Source: an uncultured bacterium (GTDB lineage Bacteria > Omnitrophota > Omnitrophia > Omnitrophales > Aquincolibacteriaceae). From it: DNA of 64,000 bases. The position numbers were made by a program, and so were the translations under genes. Of this stretch, positions 55,204-64,000 are shown one piece after another. The notes under the pieces are model-generated. The model was not told the DNA's origin and did no database searches. It saw only the letters and a program-made list of their open reading frames with translations. Each line of letters opens with the position of its first letter. The first letter of the stretch is position 1. The stretch is from NCBI GenBank assembly GCA_964606385.1, contig CAZSFZ010000001.1:3519-67518 (forward strand). Reading direction: 5' to 3'.

Positions 55204-56945
55204 TGCTGCGCCCTTTTGATGTCCGGGATCTTTTGCATCATCGCCGCGGATCCGTCCATCCTCCCCGATGAATACAAAACGCGATCCCCCTCGCGTTTGG
55301 CCGCGAGGTCATACGCCCCGATCCCCAGCATGCTCATCGAATTGACCGGCGCGGTCCGCGCGGATTGCGAAGTCGGATTCCGTGTCTTGATCGGGATCGG
55401 TTTGTCGAGATACTCCTCTTCGCCGGTCACGATGCGCGGAGTAATAATAACCGCGATCTCGGTTTTTTTGTAGCTTTCATTGCGCGCCTTGAACATATGG
55501 CCCAGCACAGGGATATCCATCAAATAGGGAAGCCCCTGATTTTTGATGGTCTGCTCGTCACGGATGAGCCCGCCCAGGATCACGGAATTCCCGTCCTGAA
55601 CGATCACGGTGGATTCCACGAAGGTCGTATTGACTTTCGGGATCACGTTGTTGGTGGGAGTCACCAATTCGCCGATCTGGCTCGAGATCTCCGGACGGAT
55701 CTTCATCGTCACAAAACCCTTGTCGTTAATGACCGGCGTCACCACCAGCACAAGCCCGATATCGATAAACCGGATATCTTCGCTCACGGACACGTTATTC
55801 CCGGTCCCGGTCGAGGTGGTCACCACATACGGGATCCGGTCCCCGATATTGATCTTCGCCTCTTCGCGGTCGAGGATCATGACCCTCGGATTCGCGAGCA
55901 ACTTCGTGTCCTCAACTTCCTTGACCGCCTGGAGCTGCGCCGCGATCTCGTTGGTCGAAAAATTCCCGATCATGATCTGCCCATACCTTCCAAGTGCGGA
56001 CGTGGTGTCGGCCATCGGGAAGGAACTGCTGACGCTGGAATTATCAAGCTGGCGAAACACTTTTTGCCAATCGATCCCCCAGCTGTATTTCGGGTTGAGC
56101 GTCAGCTGCAGGATCCGGGTCTCCACCATCACGGCGCGTGTCTGCCGGTCAAGCGCCTTGACCAGCCGAATCGCTTGGTCCATCCGTTCGGGATAAGCAG
56201 TGATCATGATCTGGTTTGACCGCGCGTCGGCCGACACGGTCCCGACGCCTTTTCCGTCGATCTGGGGTTTCAGCTGAGCCGCGACCTCCTCGGCTTTCGC
56301 GAACTGCAGCTTGACCACCTGGGTGTTCACATTGCTTTCCACCTGATTCAGAATCGTGTTCATCTGCATGAGTTTTTCAGGGATATCGATCATGACCACG
56401 GTCCCGGCGTCTTCATCGATGATCACCTTCCCGATCGCGCTCTGAACAGACTGCAGGGTCGCAAGCACATAGCTCGGCTTGGCCGTCTTGAGCGTGCGGA
56501 TCGAGACTTTTTTGTTGTCGTTGAAATTTTTCCCGTGCGTGAGCCCGTACTCATCTTCGGTCATGATGTAGATGATGCCGTTCCGGATCTCATAGGCAAG
56601 CTGGTTGGAGATCACCAGAATATCCAAAGCGTCTTTGATCTTGACGTTTTTGAGAAGCAGCGTCGAACGCCCCTGGACGTTACGGCTCGTCACGACATTG
56701 AGTCCGCCCTGAACGGCGATAAATTTAAAGACATCAATGACGTTGATGTCGCGCAGATCGAGAAAGATCGTTTTCTCAAGTCCCGTCGAGGGATCTTTAG
56801 CCGTAGCCGCACCGGGCGCGGGCGCCGCGGGCTTCGGCAGCGGGTCTGCCGGGAAAGCGGCCGGCACAAGGGACAGACTGACCGTCATAACGACAGCCAG
56901 CATCAATCTGAAAAACCTGTAAAAGCCTTTTTGCTGTTCCATGGT
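55200..56945 (-). CDS. gspD: Secretin GspD/PilQ
   Basis: Start MEQQKGFYRFF... Signal peptide. N domains. C-terminal secretin signature NSVILGGLIRDE...GLPYLMDIPVLGHMFKA...TEIAVIITPRIV. Confidence 0.85.
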   Translation of the reverse strand, partial: TMEQQKGFYRFFRLMLAVVMTVSLSLVPAAFPADPLPKPAAPAPGAATAKDPSTGLEKTIFLDLRDINVIDVFKFIAVQGGLNVVTSRNVQGRSTLLLKNVKIKDALDILVISNQLAYEIRNGIIYIMTEDEYGLTHGKNFNDNKKVSIRTLKTAKPSYVLATLQSVQSAIGKVIIDEDAGTVVMIDIPEKLMQMNTILNQVESNVNTQVVKLQFAKAEEVAAQLKPQIDGKGVGTVSADARSNQIMITAYPERMDQAIRLVKALDRQTRAVMVETRILQLTLNPKYSWGIDWQKVFRQLDNSSVSSSFPMADTTSALGRYGQIMIGNFSTNEIAAQLQAVKEVEDTKLLANPRVMILDREEAKINIGDRIPYVVTTSTGTGNNVSVSEDIRFIDIGLVLVVTPVINDKGFVTMKIRPEISSQIGELVTPTNNVIPKVNTTFVESTVIVQDGNSVILGGLIRDEQTIKNQGLPYLMDIPVLGHMFKARNESYKKTEIAVIITPRIVTGEEEYLDKPIPIKTRNPTSQSARTAPVNSMSMLGIGAYDLAAKREGDRVLYSSGRMDGSAAMMQKIPDIKRAQQ

Positions 56946-56952
56946 TTTTTTC

Positions 56953-57630
56953 CTAACGCAGTTCAACCCGATCCTCGCCCAGCGAAAGCACCACATGTTC
57001 TTCGTTGATCTTCGCGACCTTCAAAAGCCCGATCGGATCTCCTTCCCGCAAGAACGTCGTGATCCCTTTTTGGACATCTTCGATCATGCAGTAAACCTTG
57101 CTTGGATCCGTCGGGTTGTAGGAGATCCCGGTCAGCTTCAAGGTTTTTGTCATCTCCACAAGTTTGGTCGATTGCTCTTTTTCGAGCTTCTGAGCTTCTT
57201 CCGCGCGCTTGCTGTACGGCATGAACATCTTGCCGAGGTCCCAACTTTCGACCGGCTCTGTTTCCTTTGCCATCTCGCTGACCGGCGGGGGTTCCAGCAT
57301 CTTCGGTTCCAAGGTCCCGATCGAACCCACGACGTCTTTTTGGAGACCCGCAACCCCGAGCAACAGATCCGCCATGAACACCAGCCCCAGCACGACCACC
57401 AGATAGCGAAGGATCCGGTTCAGTTCTTTAATGCCGAACGAGGACTTGATCCGTTCAAACAGCTCGGTCGAAGCGTTCAGGAACTTCTCGGCCCACAGCC
57501 TCGGATCGAACTGTCCCGCCTGCTGGACTTTCTTGGCTCCCGCCGCTATATCTTTTTGATAAGCGCTCGGTTCCTCGATCAGATCAAGAAGCCGCTTCTC
57601 CGGCGTTAATGAGGAATCTGGCTGAGCCAT
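56953..57630 (-). CDS. GspC/PilP-like inner-membrane secretin-interacting protein
   Basis: One TM (LRYLVVVLGLVFMADLLLGVAGL) after a cytoplasmic N-terminus. Periplasmic C-terminal beta domain. Sits between ExeA and the secretin. Confidence 0.4.
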   Translation of the reverse strand: MAQPDSSLTPEKRLLDLIEEPSAYQKDIAAGAKKVQQAGQFDPRLWAEKFLNASTELFERIKSSFGIKELNRILRYLVVVLGLVFMADLLLGVAGLQKDVVGSIGTLEPKMLEPPPVSEMAKETEPVESWDLGKMFMPYSKRAEEAQKLEKEQSTKLVEMTKTLKLTGISYNPTDPSKVYCMIEDVQKGITTFLREGDPIGLLKVAKINEEHVVLSLGEDRVELR

Positions 57631-58541
57631 CCGGCACGCATTTCCTCGGAAACGATCTCCTCAATGATCTCCTCATCCACGATCCATTTTCGTTTCATCA
57701 CGAGCTGTTTCAGGGCCCGGTGACACAGCATGGTGATCTTCCGAGGATATCCCTGCGAGATCTTGTGGAGCATTTCGATGGCGTCATCCTGGAAGAGCCG
57801 GACATTCGAGCAATAATTCGCCTGCCGGATGCGGAACTGTATCATTTCCCGGGTCTCCTCGAGGTTCAAAGGATTTAATGTGTATTTAAAACTGATCCGG
57901 TCCATGAAATTCTGGATCTTCATGATCTTGGAATGAAGTTCGAGCTGTCCAAAAAGGACCAACTGCAGGAGCTTCGTGTCGTTCGTTTCGTAGTTCAGGA
58001 TCACGCGAAGCATTTCCATGGACGCTTCCGTGAGCTTTTGCGCCTCGTCCACAATAAGCACCACGGTCTTGTTCCCGATCACGGTCTTTTCATAAAGGAA
58101 TTTTTCCACGGCCTCTTTGAGATCCATCACGCTCGGGCGGCTCCCCTCGCCGCGAAGGCCCGTATATTGGTCGACATTGATGGAAAAATTTCGGACCAGG
58201 GAATAAAGGAATTCGTATTCATTTTCGAAACAGGGATCCAGCACGTAATGGACGATGAAATCGCCGCGCTCGCGGAGGGATTGGATGAGCTTGCGCGACA
58301 AAGTGGTCTTTCCGGTCCCGACATCTCCCAATACCACGGAAAGGCCCCGCCGCAAACGGAGCTCAATGAGAACATTGGTCAGTGTGGCCTGGTGGCCCTG
58401 AGAGAGATAGAGGAATTCCGGGTCCGGGCTCGTCGAGAACGGCTCTTTTTCGAATCCCAGCATGCGATAGTAGCTCATGGATCTCCTCGTCTTGAACTTA
58501 AGCGCGTCCGAAGACAGTCCGCCTGAGGACTTTAGCGCCAA
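57606..58541 (-). CDS. gspA: ExeA/GspA-type AAA+ ATPase
   Basis: YYRMLGFEKEPFSTSPDPEFLYLSQGHQ plus Walker A GDVGTGKTTL and the VDEAQ box. Confidence 0.8.
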   Translation of the reverse strand: MALKSSGGLSSDALKFKTRRSMSYYRMLGFEKEPFSTSPDPEFLYLSQGHQATLTNVLIELRLRRGLSVVLGDVGTGKTTLSRKLIQSLRERGDFIVHYVLDPCFENEYEFLYSLVRNFSINVDQYTGLRGEGSRPSVMDLKEAVEKFLYEKTVIGNKTVVLIVDEAQKLTEASMEMLRVILNYETNDTKLLQLVLFGQLELHSKIMKIQNFMDRISFKYTLNPLNLEETREMIQFRIRQANYCSNVRLFQDDAIEMLHKISQGYPRKITMLCHRALKQLVMKRKWIVDEEIIEEIVSEEMRAGWLSQIPH

Positions 58542-58614
58542 AAAACCCCGTATTATTTTTCGGCTGTTCCCCTGAAATCTATAGCATTATCCCCAAGAAA
58601 GAACTGGGGTTAAG

Positions 58615-60453
58615 TCAAGTCGGCTGAAGACGCTGGGATTTCTTCACAATCTCATGGATAACGGAGTTGACCGAGATGTTCTGCAGTGTCTCCAGCGGGC
58701 AAGGCGCCAAAAGAGACCAGTTCTGCCTTCCCGTAGTCCCCGGCACATTGATGCGGTAATCCCAGGCATCCCTGCCGTTAAAATTAGCCAACGAAAGCCA
58801 GTCCTGGAGTAGCTGAAGGCAGAAGATGGAACTGGTCTGAGCCGCGTTTTCAAGCGCCAGCTTCATGAATTTCGTCGAAACATCCTTTTCCGGATTTCCC
58901 GTTAGTCCGATGTGTTGCCAATACAGGGGCCGTTCCGTGTAGGAGTTTTTATAGGCATCCACCAGATGATAGGCTTCGTCCCGGCCGCGGCCGATAATCG
59001 AAAGAAGCTTTTCCTCGCTGTTCACCTCTTCATTCCAGCGAAGCCGTCCGTATTTTGAATTTTTCATGTCAAAAAGCCTGGCCCGGATCGGTTCAAAAGG
59101 CAGCTTGATATCTTCGCATTTTTTCTGAAAAAACCACTCATCCACCGTTCCCGCTTCATATTGCCACCAGGGGCAAAAAGGGCTTGTGTCATGCGTCGAG
59201 AGCATCGTAATGGAATTCTTTCGGTACATCTCGGCGCTCTTGAAATGGCCGTCCTTGTCCCAGTAACGGATCCAGCGCTGGACGTCCGACCCGGGAATCG
59301 CGTATTCCATCAAAACCTCATAAGAACACTGCGGAACCACACCGAGGTCTTCAGCGCACGGAAGCATGTTGGAGGCCTGGATCATCACGTCCAGGATCTT
59401 CGTTCCGTGCTCCTTCCAGGAAAATTCCTGGGGCGGATCGAAATGTCCGTTCTGCCCCGCGAAGATCTCCGGCTCCGACAGGGGAATGGTCCATAGCCGG
59501 AAAAGCCCCACAAAATGGTCGATCCGGTAGAGGTGGAAGAAATATTCGGCATACCCGATCTTCCGGCGGAGACTGTCGTAATTCGCCGCGGCCAGGTTAT
59601 CCCAATTGTAAGGCGGCATCCCCCACCGCTGTCCTTTTGAAAAATAAAGGTCCGGAGGAGCCCCCGAAGAAAGATCGAGTTTGTAATAATTCTGATGCGA
59701 CCAGACGTCCACACTGTCGCGGGCCACCAGGAACGGAAGATCCCCCATCAGCAACACACCCTTCTGGGTCGCATAGACCTTCACGGCCGAGAGCTGTTCG
59801 AAAAGCTGCCACTGGAGCCATTGATGAAAAAAGAAAGTCTCTTCGTTTTCCTGGATGAGATCTTCGATCGCCTCCTCTTTGACCGTTCTGAATTCTTCGG
59901 GCCACTCGGCCCAGCCCTTGTTCTCGAATTTTTCCTTAAGGATCTTGTAGCACGCGTAATGGACAAGCCAGGCACGGTGCGTCTTAAAAAAATTCACAAA
60001 AGCGGTTTCGGTCTTGGAGGTGGATGGATCATCATAGATCTTGCGGAAGAGGGCCATTTTTTCTTTTTTAAAATCATAACTGAGCCGCATCCCCTTGATG
60101 GGGAATTTTTGCCTGAGCGCGTCGATCTCCCCCGCGAATTTCCGAATGTTGTAGCCGATCAAATTCACCGGAGACAGGTACATCGGGTCCAAAGCAATGC
60201 TGCTTTGGGCATCATAAGGACAGAAATCGTATCCTACATCGTTCAGAGGGAGGAGCTGGATGACGGAAAGCCCCGTCTTTTGGCACCAGTCTACCAGCAA
60301 TTTAAGATCGGGGAATTCTCCGATCCCAACACTTTTGGCGGAATGGAGAGAAAAAAGCGGCGCGATCACGCCGGCGCGTCTGTGGGCGCCGATCCGTTTC
60401 CATATCTCGCCGCATTCCGAATCCAGAAACGAAGTATAATCCGTATGCATCAT
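58615..60453 (-). CDS. malQ: 4-alpha-glucanotransferase (amylomaltase, GH77)
   Basis: N-terminus RRAGVIAPLFSLHSAKSVGIGEFPDLKLLVDWCQKTGLSVIQLLPLND is a GH77 hallmark. 612 aa. Confidence 0.8.
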   Translation of the reverse strand: MMHTDYTSFLDSECGEIWKRIGAHRRAGVIAPLFSLHSAKSVGIGEFPDLKLLVDWCQKTGLSVIQLLPLNDVGYDFCPYDAQSSIALDPMYLSPVNLIGYNIRKFAGEIDALRQKFPIKGMRLSYDFKKEKMALFRKIYDDPSTSKTETAFVNFFKTHRAWLVHYACYKILKEKFENKGWAEWPEEFRTVKEEAIEDLIQENEETFFFHQWLQWQLFEQLSAVKVYATQKGVLLMGDLPFLVARDSVDVWSHQNYYKLDLSSGAPPDLYFSKGQRWGMPPYNWDNLAAANYDSLRRKIGYAEYFFHLYRIDHFVGLFRLWTIPLSEPEIFAGQNGHFDPPQEFSWKEHGTKILDVMIQASNMLPCAEDLGVVPQCSYEVLMEYAIPGSDVQRWIRYWDKDGHFKSAEMYRKNSITMLSTHDTSPFCPWWQYEAGTVDEWFFQKKCEDIKLPFEPIRARLFDMKNSKYGRLRWNEEVNSEEKLLSIIGRGRDEAYHLVDAYKNSYTERPLYWQHIGLTGNPEKDVSTKFMKLALENAAQTSSIFCLQLLQDWLSLANFNGRDAWDYRINVPGTTGRQNWSLLAPCPLETLQNISVNSVIHEIVKKSQRLQPT

Positions 60454-60484
60454 CCCTCATGCCCTTAGGGCTAGGACCTGTCGT

Positions 60485-61027
60485 TCAGGAAGAACCGAGG
60501 TCCTTGAAACGGTTAAAAATATTACGCAGATCCCCTTCGGCGGATCGCATGATCTGACTGCAAATGAAAATCAAGACCGAAAATTGCCAGCAGTCTTCGG
60601 GACCGATCACAAGCCCGGTCGAGACATTCTCCTGCTGCTGGAGCGCATTCGAAAAAAAATCCACGGCCCTGGCCAGCTTTTCTTCACGAACATCAAGGGA
60701 TTCTATTTTATTCTCATATTTCATGGAAGGAAAGCGAATCCCTCGCACCAGAAGAAATGTCGTCAAATAGTCCTCAACGCCTGAGAACTTTTTTTCGAAC
60801 TCAAATCCCTCGAACTGCGGCAGATGCGGCGGCAGGATGATCGAGGGTTTCTCGACCGTCACCTCGCCCTTGCGCACGACTGTGTCTCCGGGATGGATCG
60901 CCGATTCGGCCAGAAAAATATAAGGGATCAGCGTCGATTCAAAGGTTTGAAGGGGCTGAACGCGAGGGCGAATGATCTCGGTCGACTTAAGCGCCTTTTC
61001 CCAGGAGTCGTGGATGTCCATTGTCAA
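60485..61027 (-). CDS. Hypothetical protein
   Basis: 180-aa ORF with no recognisable motifs. Weak coding support. Confidence 0.35.
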   Translation of the reverse strand: MTMDIHDSWEKALKSTEIIRPRVQPLQTFESTLIPYIFLAESAIHPGDTVVRKGEVTVEKPSIILPPHLPQFEGFEFEKKFSGVEDYLTTFLLVRGIRFPSMKYENKIESLDVREEKLARAVDFFSNALQQQENVSTGLVIGPEDCWQFSVLIFICSQIMRSAEGDLRNIFNRFKDLGSS

Positions 61028-61031
61028 ACGC

Positions 61032-61484
61032 TCAATAGGAAATTCCGTCGGAAAGTTCGTTTTTGTCGCTCGTTTGATAGGGAAAATGGGCTTTCAATTT
61101 CTCACCGATACGAAGGGCCGCCTCCGAAATCCCCTCGGAGAACTTGTTCTGTTTAAAATGCTCCTGCATGACCTGGACCACGTCATTCCAGAACCCCTCG
61201 GGGACTTTTTCGTTGATCCCGACATCGCCGAGGATCGCGAATTTTTTGTCATGCGTCGCGAGAAAGATCAAAACGCCGTTCCTCTGGGACGTCTTCGTCA
61301 TCCCGATCTTCTGGAACACCTTCTGGGCATGCCCATAAACAGGACCTTTTGTCTTATATTCCAAGTGTATGCGGATTTCGCCCGAGGTGTTTTTTTCCGC
61401 CGCCTGGACCGCGGCAAGAATCTGTTTTTTTTCTTTTCCCGAGAAAAAGAACATAGGGTAGGTGATACGCATTGAAGTCACCAT
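61032..61484 (-). CDS. TPM-domain protein (cytoplasmic type)
   Basis: GEIRIHLEY...NGVLIFLATHDKKFAILGDVGI: TPM/TLP18.3 fold pattern. Overlaps the upstream gene by 7 nt. Confidence 0.55.
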   Translation of the reverse strand: MVTSMRITYPMFFFSGKEKKQILAAVQAAEKNTSGEIRIHLEYKTKGPVYGHAQKVFQKIGMTKTSQRNGVLIFLATHDKKFAILGDVGINEKVPEGFWNDVVQVMQEHFKQNKFSEGISEAALRIGEKLKAHFPYQTSDKNELSDGISY

Positions 61485-62236
61485 CGTCCTGAGGCGCCGC
61501 CGCCACCGAAACCACCGCCACCGCCAGAGAATCCTCCGAACCCACCGCCCCCGCTTCGGAACCCTCCCCCCATGGGACCAAAATAACCACGCCCTCCCCG
61601 GCGACCTCCGAGGTGGCTTGAATTAGCCCGGACAAAAAGGTGAAAAAGAAAAAAAACAGCGAAAAGCGCCAAAAGTTTTGCCGCTCGTGAAGACTGGTTT
61701 TCATGAGGGGCGCCCTTAAACTCCCCCTGCGTGGCTTTCATGATCGCATCCACACCGGCCGAGATCCCGCCCGCGTAATCCCCGGTTTGGAAATACGGCG
61801 CGACAACGTCCCGGATGATCTGACCCGCCAGAGCATCGGTCAAAACCCCTTCGAGACCGTACCCGACCTCGATACGCATCTTGCGGTCATTTTTGAAGAT
61901 AAGAAAGATCACGCCGTTATCCCTTCTCGCTTGACCCGCCTTCCAGGCCTCCGCAAGCTGCATTGAAAAATCTTCCAGCGATTCTCCCTCCAGGGACGGG
62001 AAGGTAGCGACCACGATCTGATTCGAGGTCTTTTCCTCAAAAGATCTCAGGATATTTTCAAGCTGGGCTTTGGCGGAGGAGGATAAAAGTCCCGCGCGAT
62101 CGGTCACATAGCCGTCCGCGCGCGGCGGAACTTTCAGGGCAAAAAGAACGGGAAGGGCGAGAAGGAATGCAAAGGTGAAAAAAGAAACGAGGCAGGCCGC
62201 TTTTTTAAAAAAAGTAGCCCGCCCCGTTTTTGACAT
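61478..62236 (-). CDS. TPM-domain protein, YgcG-like (signal/TM, TPM domain, Gly-rich C-terminal tail)
   Basis: GYVTDRAGLLSSSAKAQLENILRSFEEKTSNQIVVATFPSLEGESLEDF, then a TM, then GGGFRSGGGGFGGFSGGGGGFGGGGASGRW. Confidence 0.7.
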   Translation of the reverse strand: MSKTGRATFFKKAACLVSFFTFAFLLALPVLFALKVPPRADGYVTDRAGLLSSSAKAQLENILRSFEEKTSNQIVVATFPSLEGESLEDFSMQLAEAWKAGQARRDNGVIFLIFKNDRKMRIEVGYGLEGVLTDALAGQIIRDVVAPYFQTGDYAGGISAGVDAIMKATQGEFKGAPHENQSSRAAKLLALFAVFFLFHLFVRANSSHLGGRRGGRGYFGPMGGGFRSGGGGFGGFSGGGGGFGGGGASGRW

Positions 62237-62242
62237 CGTACC

Positions 62243-62839
62243 TTAGAATTTGACCTGCGGTGCGGTCTTGGCGTCCTGATCGGCCTGGAAATATGCCTTG
62301 CTCTTGAACCCCATCAGGTTGGCCGCGATCACATTCGGGAAACGGCGGCGAAAGGCGTTGAAATCCTGGGCCGCTTCGTTAAAGCGCTTCCGTTCCACAG
62401 TAATGCGGTTCTCGGTGCCTTCCAGCTGGGTCTGGAGCGCGAGAAAATTCTGGCTGGCCTTGAGATCCGGATATTTTTCCACGACCACCATCAGCCGGCT
62501 TAACGCGGAAGTCAGACCGGTCTGCGCTTCCTGGAATTTCGCGAGTTGTTCGGGATCATTGATCACAGCGGGAGAAGCCCCTGCCTGAGTGGCCCGGGCC
62601 CTCGCGTTCGTGACATTCTGGAGTGTTTCCTTTTCATGGGCCGCGTAGCCTTTTACGGTCTCGACAAGATTCGGGACCAGGTCCATGCGCCGCTGATAGA
62701 CATTCTCCACCTGCGCCCAAGCGCTCGTCACGCCCTCTTCTTTGGTTACAAGATTATTATAAACACCGCCGAACACAAGGGCTGTCAACACCCCAATGAG
62801 CACAATAACGCCAAGCGTGATCCATAAAACTTTTTTCAT
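62243..62839 (-). CDS. lemA: LemA family protein
   Basis: N-terminal TM then YNNLVTKEEGVTSAWAQVENVYQRRMDLVPNLVETVKGYAAHEKETL: canonical LemA. RBS AGGAGGA. Confidence 0.85.
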   Translation of the reverse strand: MKKVLWITLGVIVLIGVLTALVFGGVYNNLVTKEEGVTSAWAQVENVYQRRMDLVPNLVETVKGYAAHEKETLQNVTNARARATQAGASPAVINDPEQLAKFQEAQTGLTSALSRLMVVVEKYPDLKASQNFLALQTQLEGTENRITVERKRFNEAAQDFNAFRRRFPNVIAANLMGFKSKAYFQADQDAKTAPQVKF

Positions 62840-62885
62840 ATGAACGATCCTCCTTGATGATCGGGTGGAGAAAAAGAACGCGCGT

Positions 62886-62915
62886 ATTATAGCCTTGCGC
62901 GGATTTTTTTGGCAA
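62886..62915 (-). promoter_or_regulatory. Putative sigma70 promoter TTGCCA-18-TATAAT for lemA-TPM-TPM
   Basis: On the minus strand: -35 TTGCCA (62910..62915), 18-nt spacer, -10 TATAAT (62886..62891), about 47 nt upstream of the lemA ATG. Confidence 0.35.
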
Positions 62916-62950
62916 TCAATTAAAGAAGGAAAAGCCCGCGAGGGAATGTT

Positions 62951-64000
62951 TTAGTAATTGGTATTGAATGAAAAGTGAAGCTGGGATTTTCCGGCTTCCG
63001 TGATCGGCTTGTCCCCAAGCGGAACACCCCACATAAGACGGCCGGTAAAATTCTTGCGGAAGCGGACTTCGAAACCGCCGCCCACGCCGAGCATAAAATC
63101 GGACCGGGGCTCCCCGGAAGCCGAGTTCGGATCATGCGTGCGGCCATAACCGACGTCGCAGAAGGCGATCAGGCTCAGCTGATCCCTCATCGGGAGCGTG
63201 TCAAACGGCAATCTCCATTTGTCAGGAATGCCGTAGACCGGGATCAAGTAATCAAAACGGGATTGGAAGCCCTGGTCGGCGCCATAATCACTTTCAGGAT
63301 AACCGCGGATGGAATTGGCGCCGCCAAGAAAAAGCTGCTCTTGCGGCAACAACTTGTTCGGCGAGAACTGCCCCTGGACATCCCAAATCGCTTTCATGCG
63401 CCATGGCAACGCGGTCAAGCGGGTGAGCGAATAAGTGTATTTGACGAAAGAATGTTCGCCGCCGCGGCTGGCAAGAGGGTAGCCGTCCCCGCGGGTCGGT
63501 AACCCGAAATAGACCCCCTGTCCCAATCCCCAACCTCCCCACCGGTCCCTCGCCTGAAAATCGCCCTTGAGCGAGATGACCCTCTCTTTATCCCATACAG
63601 TGGTAACGCTCTGCGTGGAGGTGTGTTTTTCCTTGAAGTCAAAACCGAACTGGACATTGCCGGAATATTTTTCGGTGCGGATGAGCCGCTGCTGCAGGCC
63701 CAGACTGTAGATCTCGGAAGTCCCGTTGATGCCGTAGATCTTGAACTCCTTTTTGGGATTGACCTGCGAATGGCTGATCGACCAGATGAACTTCGTCCCA
63801 AAATTCGAGATCGGAATAATATGATAAAGGTAAAGAGCCCCAAAATGGTTCCCGAAAGTCGTCCCGATCAGGAACGTGTCGTCCAGCCCGAGCATGTTGT
63901 TGTTGCGGATGGTGAATCCCGGACGCTGTTTCCCGGTCAGTTTCACGCCTTGATTGTCATAAGAAGCCCCCACGTGGATCGGAAAATGATCTTCCACGTC
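62951..64000 (-). CDS. Omp85-superfamily outer-membrane beta-barrel, TpsB (ShlB/FhaC/HecB)-like; partial (N-terminus beyond window end)
   Basis: LFLGGANSIRGYPE motif. Alternating beta-strand pattern. C-terminal ...HFSFNTNY aromatic terminus. The frame is open to the window edge. Confidence 0.55.
   Translation of the reverse strand, partial: DVEDHFPIHVGASYDNQGVKLTGKQRPGFTIRNNNMLGLDDTFLIGTTFGNHFGALYLYHIIPISNFGTKFIWSISHSQVNPKKEFKIYGINGTSEIYSLGLQQRLIRTEKYSGNVQFGFDFKEKHTSTQSVTTVWDKERVISLKGDFQARDRWGGWGLGQGVYFGLPTRGDGYPLASRGGEHSFVKYTYSLTRLTALPWRMKAIWDVQGQFSPNKLLPQEQLFLGGANSIRGYPESDYGADQGFQSRFDYLIPVYGIPDKWRLPFDTLPMRDQLSLIAFCDVGYGRTHDPNSASGEPRSDFMLGVGGGFEVRFRKNFTGRLMWGVPLGDKPITEAGKSQLHFSFNTNY

Overview
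This is a high-GC bacterial window, gene-dense, with almost all genes on the minus strand. Its centre is a roughly 38-kb co-directional, tightly overlapping minus-strand gene array (about 54.0 kb down to 16.3 kb). In transcription order it encodes:
- an FGE-sulfatase-domain protein (52371..54014);
- a 7,170-aa secreted giant protein (30862..52374) built almost entirely from a degenerate 13-residue 'GVNW' tandem repeat, roughly 500 copies (39-nt DNA period, repeat-length sub-types showing a 3x13 aa super-period in stretches);
- a coiled-coil protein with a C-terminal membrane anchor (29397..30797);
- an F-type ATP-synthase gene set in atypical order: alpha, epsilon, c, a compact b/delta-like fusion, gamma, beta. 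No subunit-a gene is present;
- a type II secretion (T2SS) / type IV pilus-like module: GspE with a C-terminal PilZ domain, GspF, GspG, two minor pseudopilins, a PilM-PilN (GspL-like) fusion, a GspM/PilO-like protein, and a TPR protein.

Immediately upstream, across an AT-rich putative promoter gap (54015..54291), the minus strand carries a TPR/coiled-coil protein, the secretin (GspD/PilQ), a GspC/PilP-like protein and ExeA/GspA.

The left third of the window is a protein-glycosylation neighbourhood:
- two tandem GT-C PMT/ArnT-like paralogs;
- an STT3/AglB-like oligosaccharyltransferase candidate;
- three GT2 enzymes and a DUF2304-like protein;
- a displaced GspK, a CtpA S41 peptidase, and a matrixin-like metzincin-TPR fusion that runs off the window start and was missed by the ORF track.

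The right end holds malQ (amylomaltase), a lemA-TPM-TPM trio and a partial TpsB/Omp85-type barrel.

About 60% of the giant protein's repeats (12 of 20 sampled) carry an N-W-S/T sequon. An oligosaccharyltransferase-like gene sits about 16 kb away.

No rRNA, tRNA, CRISPR or IS elements were recognised. All calls are from reading the translations; no homology searches could be run.
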